DNA of 60,893 bases, counting the filler. It is 7 parts of 7 records of this genome, joined end to end, with 100 filler letters (N's around TTAATTAATTAA, not from the genome) between each part and the next. Parts side by side here need not be neighbours in the genome. Positions count along the whole stretch, not along the records: positions 43,521 to 53,223 come from SRR2962707_1801; positions 53,324 to 60,893 come from SRR2962707_1802; 5 more parts are not named here. One strand, written 5' to 3'. Position 1 is the stretch's first letter, and each line of letters begins with the position of its first letter. This document shows, in pieces, positions 52,826 to 60,893 of this stretch. Below the pieces are notes generated by a model that saw only the letters and a program-made list of their open reading frames with translations, ran no database searches and was not told the DNA's origin. Made by a program: the position numbers and the translations under genes.

Positions 52826-53195
52826 GCTGCATTCCAGTTAATCACCACCCGCCCATTCTGACAACATCAAGCGCCATCAATAAAAAAGCAACGAAACATA
52901 AAAATCTCCTGTTTCCTTCAATGTTCACTCACCACCGTGCACACTCACACACATCTCACGCGCTCCTCCATTCCCTCGGCTCGTTCAAAAGGCAAAGCAG
53001 GAGCACTGTCCGCAAAAAAGAGTGGTGGAAGAGTACCTATTGGAAAAAAACCTGAAAGGAGATGTTGGCTCGTTCATACGGCGCCACCTCAAACTCTCAA
53101 GCTCCCTCACGCCACAAATGAGTTCTTGACTGTTTTTCGTCAACCAGGCCACCGGCCAGTGTCAACACAGAGGGTCGAATCAAGTAGCGCTGTGA

Positions 53196-53221
53196 ACTCA
53201 CTCACTCACTCACTCACTCAC
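53196..53221 (+). repeat. (ACTC)n microsatellite at contig end
   Basis: actcactcactcactcactcactcac; reverse complement of the repeat at the contig start. Confidence 0.9.
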
Positions 53222-53223
53222 GC

Positions 53224-53323
53224 NNNNNNNNNNNNNNNNNNNNNNNNNNNNNNNNNNNNNNNNNNNNTTAATTAATTAANNNNNNNNNNNNNNNNNNNNN
53301 NNNNNNNNNNNNNNNNNNNNNNN
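53224..53323. other. Synthetic contig linker
   Basis: N-run with TTAATTAATTAA. Confidence 0.98.
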
Positions 53324-53604
53324 TCGACGGTCTTCTGCTTCTTGCGCGCCTCGGAGGCTTTCTTCTGCGATGCGTATTTCAGCTTGCCAAGATCAACGAT
53401 CTTGCAAACCGGCACGTCGCCCGCGGAATTGATCTCAACAAGGTCGAGGCCAGATTCTTCGGCCATGGCCAACGCTTGCTCGGTCGGCACGACGCCGTGG
53501 TTCTGGCCTTCGGCGTCAATAAGCTGGACCGTGGCGGTCCGGATATTCTGGTTTGCGCGGGGGCCTTCGTTTACGGTTGGCGGCGCTCTAAAGGGTCTGC
53601 GAAT
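53324..53604 (-). CDS. infC: Translation initiation factor IF-3 (partial), ATT start
   Basis: AGGAG-N9-ATT CGC AGA CCC TTT; RRPFRAPP...GPRANQNIR...GLDLVEI...PVCKIVDLGKLKY. Confidence 0.95.
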
Positions 53605-53796
53605 GGCTTTGGTCTCCTGATTAACTCGTACGGTTCAGCCGGTTGCTGCGCGCGAGTATGTATGTCTCGAGCGCAATGTCGTCATCGGCTGGCCGGTGTC
53701 AATAGCATGGCTTTGCGAAAAAATCACCATAGGCTCGGTTCTGGAGCTGCGAATCTTGTAAAAGAAGCGAAAATGACCAAACGGGAGTTAATTCAC

Positions 53797-54594
53797 ATGA
53801 CGGAACCGGTCGCCAGCAAACTGAATGTCGGCAAGGGCGAAGACCTGCGGCCGATCGCGGCTTTGACCCGCATAGCAACCGAGCAGGGCGCCGGGCTGCC
53901 GGGCGTGGTCTGGCTCGGCGGCTACCGCTCTGACATGACCGGCTCCAAGGCCGAGGCACTGTGCCAGCAGGCCGGCAGCCATGGACAGGCCTGCCTCCGG
54001 TTCGACTATTCCGGCCACGGCGCGTCAGGCGGCAGTTTTCGCGACGGGACAATTTCGCGATGGCTGGAGGAAAGCCTGGCGGCATTCGAGCATTACACCT
54101 CAGGTCCGCAAATCCTGGTCGGCTCCTCAATGGGCGGCTGGATCGCGCTTCGAATGGTGCAGGAACTCAACGCACGCGGCCAGGGCGACCGCGTGGCAGG
54201 CTTGGTGCTGATCGCGCCGGCGCCCGATTTCACGCTAGAACTGATGGAGCCGAAGCTCACCGATGATCAGCGCGCGGCTCTTGAGCGGGACGGCTTCTAC
54301 GAGGAGCCGACACCTTACGGACCTGATCCGAACGTCTTTACCCGGGCGCTGTTCGAGGACGGGCGGAAGAACCGGGTTCTCGACGGGCTGATCGACACCG
54401 GGGCGCCGGTCCACATCATTCAGGGCATGGCTGACCCGGATGTGCCGTGGGGGCACGCCATGCGTCTTCTCGAACATCTGCCATCGGAAAACGTGACGCT
54501 GACGCTTATACGCGATGGTGATCACCGCCTGTCGCGGGATGAGGACATCGCCCGCATTCTGGCCGCCGTTGACGGGATTGCAGGCAGAAGCTGA
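53797..54594 (+). CDS. Alpha/beta hydrolase (ABHD10-like)
   Basis: WLGGYRSDMTGSKA, RFDYSGHG, GSSMGG nucleophile elbow, DPDVP, DGDHRLSR. Confidence 0.92.
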   Translation: MTEPVASKLNVGKGEDLRPIAALTRIATEQGAGLPGVVWLGGYRSDMTGSKAEALCQQAGSHGQACLRFDYSGHGASGGSFRDGTISRWLEESLAAFEHYTSGPQILVGSSMGGWIALRMVQELNARGQGDRVAGLVLIAPAPDFTLELMEPKLTDDQRAALERDGFYEEPTPYGPDPNVFTRALFEDGRKNRVLDGLIDTGAPVHIIQGMADPDVPWGHAMRLLEHLPSENVTLTLIRDGDHRLSRDEDIARILAAVDGIAGRS

Positions 54595-54634
54595 CCCGGT
54601 ACGGGACACGCAACCGCATGCCGGGTCTTTTTTC
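54593..54634 (+). terminator. Rho-independent terminator
   Basis: GACCCGG...CCGGGTC followed by a T-tract immediately after the hydrolase stop. Confidence 0.75.
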
Positions 54635-54768
54635 ATGAAGCAAGCGCTACGAACCGCAGCGGGGCCGAAACCCGGCTGCGGCGCGGTGCTGTGATCAAAA
54701 GGCCGCGGCTGGTAACCATGTCATGACAAGAACCCGGCCGCGCAATTGACTCTTCAGCCCATACGATC

Positions 54769-54784
54769 TTAACTCTTTGTTAAC
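54769..54784 (+). promoter_or_regulatory. CtrA binding box
   Basis: TTAA-CTCTTTG-TTAAC, an exact TTAA-N7-TTAAC consensus, about 30 bp upstream of the BTLCP gene. Confidence 0.75.
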
Positions 54785-54813
54785 GAAATTGGACGGCGTG
54801 GAGTATACCGGCG

Positions 54814-55422
54814 ATGTTTTGCGGACCGGGACGAGCAAAGCGGGCAATGATTGCCCTGTTGGCATCGATCACATTGCCGGCCGGAGCCATGGCTTCGGGC
54901 CTGTCGATGGAGGTTGGACGGCTAACGTCGCAGCCCATCGGCCATTACGAATTCTGCAAAAAATTCTCCACGGAATGCGAGCCGGTCAAGGGCTCGGGCG
55001 CCGCACCCAAGGTGACCGACTACGGCTGGGACGTGATCCGCGAAATCAACCGCGCGGTCAATTTTTCGGTGATGCCGAAAACCGACCTGGAATTGTTTGG
55101 CAAGGAAGAGGTCTGGACCTATCCTACCATCGCTGGGGATTGCGAAGACTATGTGCTGCTCAAGCGGCACATGCTGATCGAGCGCGGGTTTTCAGCGTCG
55201 GATGTCCTGATCACGGTGGTGCGCAAACCAGACGGTGAAGGCCACGCGGTGCTGACGCTGAGAACCACTGAAGGCGATTTCGTGCTCGACAATCTGGTCG
55301 ACGATGTCAAGAACTGGCGCGAGACGCCCTACAGCTACCTCAAGCGTCAGGCGTCCAACAATTCCGGCCGCTGGGTTACCATCGAGAACGGAAAAGACGT
55401 TCTGGTTGGCGCGCTCAAATAA
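54814..55422 (+). CDS. Transglutaminase-like cysteine peptidase (BTLCP, C93)
   Basis: Signal peptide; PIGHYEFC; triad GDCEDY / GHAVL / VLDN. Confidence 0.92.
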   Translation: MFCGPGRAKRAMIALLASITLPAGAMASGLSMEVGRLTSQPIGHYEFCKKFSTECEPVKGSGAAPKVTDYGWDVIREINRAVNFSVMPKTDLELFGKEEVWTYPTIAGDCEDYVLLKRHMLIERGFSASDVLITVVRKPDGEGHAVLTLRTTEGDFVLDNLVDDVKNWRETPYSYLKRQASNNSGRWVTIENGKDVLVGALK

Positions 55423-55473
55423 GCCGGATTGCGCGCCCCGAAGCGAACCTCAAACGTCAAACGATTTTCAGGA

Positions 55474-56718
55474 TCAGCCCGGCGAAACAGCCGAGGGTTT
55501 GGTGGCCGCTGTTTTTTCAATGACCACCAGCGCCCATGACGCCGCCATGATTACAGTGGCTACCAGCAGCAACACGGCGAAAGTTACCCCAATTCCGGCG
55601 TGACTGATCATCAGGGCAGTCGAGACCGGGGCACCGGCCATCGCAAACAGGCGTATTGTTGCAAGATTGCCGGTCATGGCGCCGTAGCCGACTGTCCCGA
55701 ACAGACGCGCCGGCAGGATCGCACGGGCAATGAAATTCAGTCCCTGCCCGATGCCGAAGCTGACGGCGAAGACGATAACAATCAGATCTCCATCCAGCCA
55801 GAGCCCGGCGACCAGGCATGCAAGGCCAAGCAACAGCGCCGTGTTCGATATTACTCCGACGATCGAGGAGGACACGCGCTCGCCAGTGAGCATCTCGATC
55901 AGCCTGGCGCCGACCTGCATCGGACCGATGACCGCGCCGGCCAGCGCCGCAAGTGCGGCTGTGCGACCCATTTCATTGAGAATCAGAAAGAACGACGTGT
56001 GCACGGCCGACATCAGGAAGCTGCCACCGGCAAAGGCGATGGCCATGAAAACAAACGCCGGCTTTCGGTTGCCCGGGGCCAGCAGGCCCGGATCCCGGAT
56101 CGACCGCTCTGCCGGCTCGAGGTCATGCTGGGCCTTGCTTACTCGCGGAATCATGGCGTGTATGGGAAGGGCAATGAGCAGGTTTACCGCTGCCAGGACA
56201 AGGCAAACGCCGCGCCAGTCCATGAAACCGAGCAACCAGTGTATCAGCGGCCAGAACACGGTTGAGGCAAACCCCGCGATCAGGGTGACATGGGCAATGG
56301 GACGCCGGGCGTGGCGTCCATGCAGAGCGGTCAAGGCGGCAAATCCGGTTTCGTATTGCACCATGCGGGCCGAAAATTCGATCAGCAGCATGGCAATGGC
56401 GAAGCCCGCCATGGACTGGACCGACGAGAGATTTGCAAGCGTCAGCGCCGCCAGGCAAGAACCTGCAACCATCACCGGGCGAGCGCCGAAACGGTCCATC
56501 GCCCGCCCCACCAGCGAAGCGCTGACCGCACTGGTCAGCAATGCCGCGGAGAAGACGCCGAAGACAAAAGCATTGCTCCAGCCCTGCGCGCGAGCGATTT
56601 CGGGACCGAGAATGGCAAAGGGGTAATACAGCGTTCCATACCCAATCGTCATGGATACGCCGATCAGCAAGGACAACGGCTCAACGCGGCGGGTGAACCG
56701 GCTCACAACGCTGACCAA
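55474..56718 (-). CDS. MFS transporter
   Basis: Multi-TM protein; motif A GRAMDRFGARPVM; TLIAGFASTVFWP; GPMQVGAR. Confidence 0.9.
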   Translation of the reverse strand: MVSVVSRFTRRVEPLSLLIGVSMTIGYGTLYYPFAILGPEIARAQGWSNAFVFGVFSAALLTSAVSASLVGRAMDRFGARPVMVAGSCLAALTLANLSSVQSMAGFAIAMLLIEFSARMVQYETGFAALTALHGRHARRPIAHVTLIAGFASTVFWPLIHWLLGFMDWRGVCLVLAAVNLLIALPIHAMIPRVSKAQHDLEPAERSIRDPGLLAPGNRKPAFVFMAIAFAGGSFLMSAVHTSFFLILNEMGRTAALAALAGAVIGPMQVGARLIEMLTGERVSSSIVGVISNTALLLGLACLVAGLWLDGDLIVIVFAVSFGIGQGLNFIARAILPARLFGTVGYGAMTGNLATIRLFAMAGAPVSTALMISHAGIGVTFAVLLLVATVIMAASWALVVIEKTAATKPSAVSPG

Positions 56719-57107
56719 TGGAGCGATGCGGGTGCCGCATTGGCCAAATCACCAAGAGAAAACGGCTTGGCGGAATTTCCGGTTTTGCCAGCATGCCAAG
56801 CAAGGCTCACCGGCTGCATGGCCCGCTCTGCTGCAAAATTGATGGGGATGATAGAGCGCACGCTCTGCCTGACTGGCTGCCCTCGCCCGGCAAGCCGGTG
56901 GATCACATTGCGGGTCATATCCAAAGGTCAATTCCCACTCTTCGATTGCCAGTCGAAAGCCGATGCCGGCACCCTCGCTCAATGGCACACCGGTTCAGAA
57001 TTGACAACTCAACGGCTTATGGTTCTGCGGACTAAAGTCCATGACGGGCGGGGTTTTTCGCTCCGACATAGGGCCGTGCCTCACCCGTTGAAGTCACACA
57101 AGTCGCG

Positions 57108-57941
57108 TTACTTCCGCAGCCTTGCGAGAACCCTCCGTTTGAACTGCGCATAGAGAACTATCGACACATCGATTGCGGCGTTGAAAGCGGCCGACGACCA
57201 GGTGTTTCCCGACAGGTAGACGTTGCGTTCGGTCAGGACTCTGAGCGTTCGGGGCCGGAATGCCCTTTTGTATTTGGACCGCAACTGCAAGCGCAAAATG
57301 CTGTAATCCTGGTCAACACTGCCCCGGCTGTCGTGGCGCAGGTGAAAATCGATGACATAGGCGGTCCAGCCCAGAATATCGGCGATGATGCACAGATCCG
57401 ATCCGTACCAGTGGAAACCGCTCAGGTCGCGCGACAGCGCCAGATTGGCCTCACTTTTCACCACGATGAAGTTCTCGTCGAGGCTCATCACCTGACGCGG
57501 GAATGGCTTGCCGATAGCCTGGTCCGGCGCATAGGGATCGGTAATGCGAATGAAGCGGCGGCCGCGCGCATCCACGCCGGCATTGCCGCAAACCGCCCAG
57601 TGCGGATCTTCCTCTGACAAGGCTGCCAGCAGGCTGTCGAGTTGCTGCCGCCCGTCCTCAAGGCCCATCACGTCCTGATGGCACAGAATGACGTAACGGC
57701 CTGAGGCTTGCCGGAGAAAGCTGTTGTAGCCGGCAAAGGCATCCGCCTGATTGGAGGCGGAATTGTCGATGTAGAGAAACTCGCAATCGGCGGAGGTGAA
57801 CCCAAGGCGGCGGAAGCCCTCGACCATTGCCTGGTACTGGGTCAGGTTGGTCACCAGAGTGCAGAATGAATAGGCGACAGCTCCCTGCGTCTCTGCCTCA
57901 GCTCGCATGTAGTGTTGTACAACGTCCGTAGCGAACCGCAT
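57108..57941 (-). CDS. GT-A fold glycosyltransferase-like protein
   Basis: LYIDNS, GRYVILCHQDV, SLDE, GFHWYGSDLC, RHDSRG. Start uncertain (57941 or 57908). Confidence 0.7.
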   Translation of the reverse strand: MRFATDVVQHYMRAEAETQGAVAYSFCTLVTNLTQYQAMVEGFRRLGFTSADCEFLYIDNSASNQADAFAGYNSFLRQASGRYVILCHQDVMGLEDGRQQLDSLLAALSEEDPHWAVCGNAGVDARGRRFIRITDPYAPDQAIGKPFPRQVMSLDENFIVVKSEANLALSRDLSGFHWYGSDLCIIADILGWTAYVIDFHLRHDSRGSVDQDYSILRLQLRSKYKRAFRPRTLRVLTERNVYLSGNTWSSAAFNAAIDVSIVLYAQFKRRVLARLRK

Positions 57942-58085
57942 GCAGATAATCCAACCTTAGAAATGTGGCCAATCGACAGAGACGCCGATGCCTACAGGCT
58001 TGCCGACCAGCACATATCTGCCGTCGAAAGCCCGTCGCCCGCAACCCTGCCGGGCCACTTTATTCACCCCGGCTGGAGCGGTGCC

Positions 58086-59069
58086 TTACGCGTTGCCGAT
58101 CAGAAGGCCGGCGGCAAACACCAGCGCTCCGCCCAGAACCACCTGGAAGATCGCGCGGCTCCAGGGCGTGTTCATCCAGTGGTTCTGAATCCAGGCGATG
58201 GCCCAGAGCTCGACAAACACCACGGCGATGGCAACGCTGGTGGCGATGGTGAAGTCCGGTATCAGATAGGGAAGCGCATGCCCGAGACCGCCGAGCGCGG
58301 TCATGATGCCGGAGGCCAGGCCACGCTTGATCGGAGATCCGCGACCCGAGATCACTCCGTCATCATGGGCGGCTTCGGTAAAGCCCATGGAAATGCCGGC
58401 GCCGACAGAGGCTGACAAACCAACCAGAAAGGTCGTCCAGGTATCGCCGGTGGCAAACGCGGTGGCAAAGATCGGCGCCAGTGTGGAGACCGAGCCATCC
58501 ATCAGGCCTGCCAGTCCCGGCTGAACGTAGGTCAGAATGAATTTACGACGGGATGTCTTGGCCTCCTCAGACTTGACGTCTTCCGGCGTGTGCTCGAGCC
58601 CCAGCCGCCGGGCCAGGGATTCATGGGCTTTTTCGGCCAGCGCCAGATCGCCGAGCAATTTTCGCGTGTCTGCATCCTGGGTGCGCTGCGCTGCCGCCAG
58701 GTAGAAAGCATGCGCCTGGGATTCCATATCCTCCGCCGTCTGGCGGACCACTTCGACAGACTGGTTCTTGATCAGCCAGTCGGGTTTGCGTTCGTAGTAA
58801 CCGCGGACATGCTCACGGCGGATGAGCGGAATGCGGTCGCCGAAACGCTGCTTGTGACGGTCGATCAGCCGGGCGCGGTGCACGCCCTCTTCCGCCGCCA
58901 TCTCCTCAAACACCTTGGCCGATTGCGGATAGTCGTCACGCAGATGGTCGGCATAGGCGAGGTAGATGCGGGCATCATCTTCTTCCGAGGAGATGGCGAG
59001 CGCCAGAATTTCCTGTTCGCTGAGCGAGGAGAAAGGGCGGCGATTGAAACCGGTCAAACGGGACAGCAT
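58086..59069 (-). CDS. mbfA: Iron exporter (rubrerythrin plus VIT1/CCC1 domains)
   Basis: LALAISSEEDDARIY, EExxH di-iron motifs, QPGLAGLMDGSVSTLAP, SMGFTEA. Confidence 0.95.
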   Translation of the reverse strand: MLSRLTGFNRRPFSSLSEQEILALAISSEEDDARIYLAYADHLRDDYPQSAKVFEEMAAEEGVHRARLIDRHKQRFGDRIPLIRREHVRGYYERKPDWLIKNQSVEVVRQTAEDMESQAHAFYLAAAQRTQDADTRKLLGDLALAEKAHESLARRLGLEHTPEDVKSEEAKTSRRKFILTYVQPGLAGLMDGSVSTLAPIFATAFATGDTWTTFLVGLSASVGAGISMGFTEAAHDDGVISGRGSPIKRGLASGIMTALGGLGHALPYLIPDFTIATSVAIAVVFVELWAIAWIQNHWMNTPWSRAIFQVVLGGALVFAAGLLIGNA

Positions 59070-59081
59070 CGGGTCTTCCTT

Positions 59082-59098
59082 TTTAGAACGATTCTAAA
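59082..59098. promoter_or_regulatory. Irr-binding iron control element (ICE box)
   Basis: TTTAGAA-CGA-TTCTAAA, perfect consensus, 13 bp upstream of the mbfA start. Confidence 0.9.
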
Positions 59099-59210
59099 GT
59101 AAGCAAGTTCCCGCTCATTTTCAAGTTGGGAAAACACAAAGTTGAAACATCGTGGGTTGATCCCGACATGCTCTCGGGCCACTTGTGGCCTCATGACCGA
59201 AGCACGGGAA

Positions 59211-60029
59211 ATGACCGACACCTTACTCGACCGGCTGGGACGATTCCTGGCGCGAAGGCTGCATTCGGTCAATCCGGGTTACGAGCCTTACACCCCGTCG
59301 GACCCGGAGACGCTGTCGCGCACGCTGCGGCCCGGCGACATCCTGCTGGTGGAGGGAAACCAGAAGATATCGGCGGCGATCAAGTATCTCACGCAATCGA
59401 CCTGGTCACATGCAGCACTTTATGTCGGCGACGCGCTCAAGCCGGACGTGGAAAACGGCGAGCCGTACCCGCAGCTTATCGAAGTCAATCTGGGGGAAGG
59501 CTGCGTCGCGGTGCCGCTTGCCAAATACAGCCGTTTCAACACCCGGATCTGCCGGGCGGTGGGGCTCACGCCTGAAGACCGCGCCACGGTCGTCACCTAC
59601 ATGGTCGACAGGCTCGGCGTCCGCTATGACCTGAAAAACATCTTCGACATGCTGCGCTATTTCATTCCCACGCCGCCGGTTCCGGTGCGGTGGCGCCGCC
59701 GCATGATCGCCTTCGGATCAGGCGATCCGACCCGCGCCATCTGCTCGTCGATGATCGCCCAGGCGCTTCAATCGGTGCAGTATCCGATCCTTCCCGAAGT
59801 GACGCTGGCGCCCGGACGGCAGCACGCCGATTCGGATTATTCCCGGCGCGAAATCCTGCACATCCGGCATCATTCGCTGTTCGCCCCGCGCGATTTCGAC
59901 CTCTCGCCCTATTTCCGCATCGTCAAGCCGACGCTCGAATACGGCTTTGACTACAAGCGGCTTGAATGGGGGCCTGCGAAACATCAGCATCCGAGCGCTC
60001 CTCTCGAAGATCCTGCCTCGACAGAGTGA
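59211..60029 (+). CDS. YiiX/YebB-like permuted papain (NlpC/P60) protein
   Basis: LRPGDILLV, WSHAALY (His), YD, ICSSMIAQA (Cys), PRDF. Confidence 0.85.
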   Translation: MTDTLLDRLGRFLARRLHSVNPGYEPYTPSDPETLSRTLRPGDILLVEGNQKISAAIKYLTQSTWSHAALYVGDALKPDVENGEPYPQLIEVNLGEGCVAVPLAKYSRFNTRICRAVGLTPEDRATVVTYMVDRLGVRYDLKNIFDMLRYFIPTPPVPVRWRRRMIAFGSGDPTRAICSSMIAQALQSVQYPILPEVTLAPGRQHADSDYSRREILHIRHHSLFAPRDFDLSPYFRIVKPTLEYGFDYKRLEWGPAKHQHPSAPLEDPASTE

Positions 60030-60157
60030 CAGTCGCCCCCGCGATTGTGAACGCGCGGGCTGAGCAAACGCTGCCAGATTCCAGACTTATCCGGCTCCGC
60101 ATCACGTGCGCGCGCAGGCGTTCGCTCATCGCAACTGCGAACCCGCACCGCTCAAAT

Positions 60158-60173
60158 ACATCATGATTGATGT
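60158..60173. promoter_or_regulatory. Inverted repeat upstream of the HTH gene
   Basis: ACATCA-TGAT-TGATGT directly followed by TTGACA. Confidence 0.45.
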
Positions 60174-60237
60174 TTGACACATGACTATTGGCGTTTTACA
60201 ACGCTATTGTTCAGCATCGACCCACGAGAGCCGGATC

Positions 60238-60510
60238 ATGATTACCGCATCGCAACTGCGCGCCGCCCGGGCGCTGCTTGGAATCGACCAGAAAACGCTT
60301 GCCGCAATGGCCGGCGTGTCGCTGCCGACAATCCAGCGGATGGAAGCCAGTGACGGCAATGTTCGCGGCATCATCGACACCCTGACCAAGGTGGCCGAGG
60401 CTCTCGACACGGCAGGCATAGAACTCATCGGAGATCATGCCCGCAGCGACACCGGCGGGCGCGGGGTCAGACTGAAAGACCCGGCCTCTCCACCCGGAAA
60501 GCCGCTCTGA
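60238..60510 (+). CDS. XRE-family HTH protein
   Basis: QLRAARALLGIDQKTLAAMAGVSLPTIQRME. Confidence 0.88.
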   Translation: MITASQLRAARALLGIDQKTLAAMAGVSLPTIQRMEASDGNVRGIIDTLTKVAEALDTAGIELIGDHARSDTGGRGVRLKDPASPPGKPL

Positions 60511-60599
60511 ACAACACTCAAGTCGCGACGGCGACCGCCGACAGCCCTGCCGACGATCACGCCGCTGAAATCTGGCAATTTTAGCAATGGGTTTTCGAC

Positions 60600-60893
60600 A
60601 TGCGCCAACCAAAGATCCTCACCACACTTCAGACCTACAGCTGGCAGCTTTTTGTCAGTGACCTCTTGGCTGGGGCAACGGTTGCCATGGTTGCGCTGCC
60701 GCTGAGCCTGGCCATCGCGATTGCGTCCGGGGCTGATCCGGCCAAGGGCATTGTCACGGCAATCGTCGGCGGATTTCTGATTTCGCTGTTTGGCGGCAGC
60801 CGGGTTCAGATCGGCGGGCCGACCGGAGCCTTCATCGTGGTTGTGTTCTCCGTCATCGCCCAGCATGGCTATGACGGGCTGGTGCTGGCGACC
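60600..60893 (+). CDS. SulP family anion transporter (partial)
   Basis: Read manually: MRQPKILTTL...DLLAGATVAMVALPLSLAIAIASG...GGSRVQIGGPTGAF. Confidence 0.92.
   Translation, partial: MRQPKILTTLQTYSWQLFVSDLLAGATVAMVALPLSLAIAIASGADPAKGIVTAIVGGFLISLFGGSRVQIGGPTGAFIVVVFSVIAQHGYDGLVLAT

Noticed and set aside
52578-52848. Cys-rich N-terminus of the 2922-aa ORF as an extra metal-binding domain
   Set aside because: It is read-through of an intron and the wrong frame of exon 1; the ZSWIM2-like sequence lies in the other frame.
37263-53323. Eukaryote-to-bacterium gene transfer
   Set aside because: The eukaryotic genes are on separate contigs bounded by linkers and retain spliceosomal introns.
1-60893. 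CRISPR arrays, rRNA, integrases, transposases or known defence systems
   Set aside because: None recognised by eye on either strand.

Overview
This window is not one genome region. It holds seven unrelated contigs joined by 100-nt synthetic linkers (44 N + TTAATTAATTAA + 44 N), most likely from a marine or phycosphere metagenome. (1) 1-14135, Rhizobiales-like: a TRAP transporter with a GntR regulator, then a tRNA-Arg-adjacent cluster of 2 SPASM radical SAM paralogues, 1 B12 radical SAM, 3 further methyltransferases and 2 GT2 paralogues. (2) 14236-19746, AT-rich gammaproteobacterium: PAS-AraC, sugar kinase, cutC and a TonB-dependent receptor, linked by a shared 34-bp operator-like motif. (3) 19847-28313, Rhodobacteraceae-like: yaeQ, orphan dctP/TetR, LysR-tctBAC-CoA transferase. 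(4) 28414-37262, Devosia-like core genes: yitT-holC-pepA and lptFGD-surA-pdxA. (5) 37363-43420, eukaryote: a mitochondrial carrier and an 8-exon SCYL1-like gene. (6) 43521-53223, eukaryote: one very large ZSWIM2-like E3 ligase gene. (7) 53324-60893, Rhizobiales-like: infC (ATT start), hydrolase, BTLCP protease with a CtrA box, MFS, GT-like protein, mbfA with an Irr/ICE box, YiiX-like protein, HTH and SulP. The best candidate for an undescribed system is the radical SAM/multi-methyltransferase glycan-tailoring cluster at 3503-13621. Next are the PAS-AraC/cutC sugar regulon and the ZSWIM2 fusion with p25alpha-like repeats. Taxonomic labels and functions come from motif recognition only; no searches were run.
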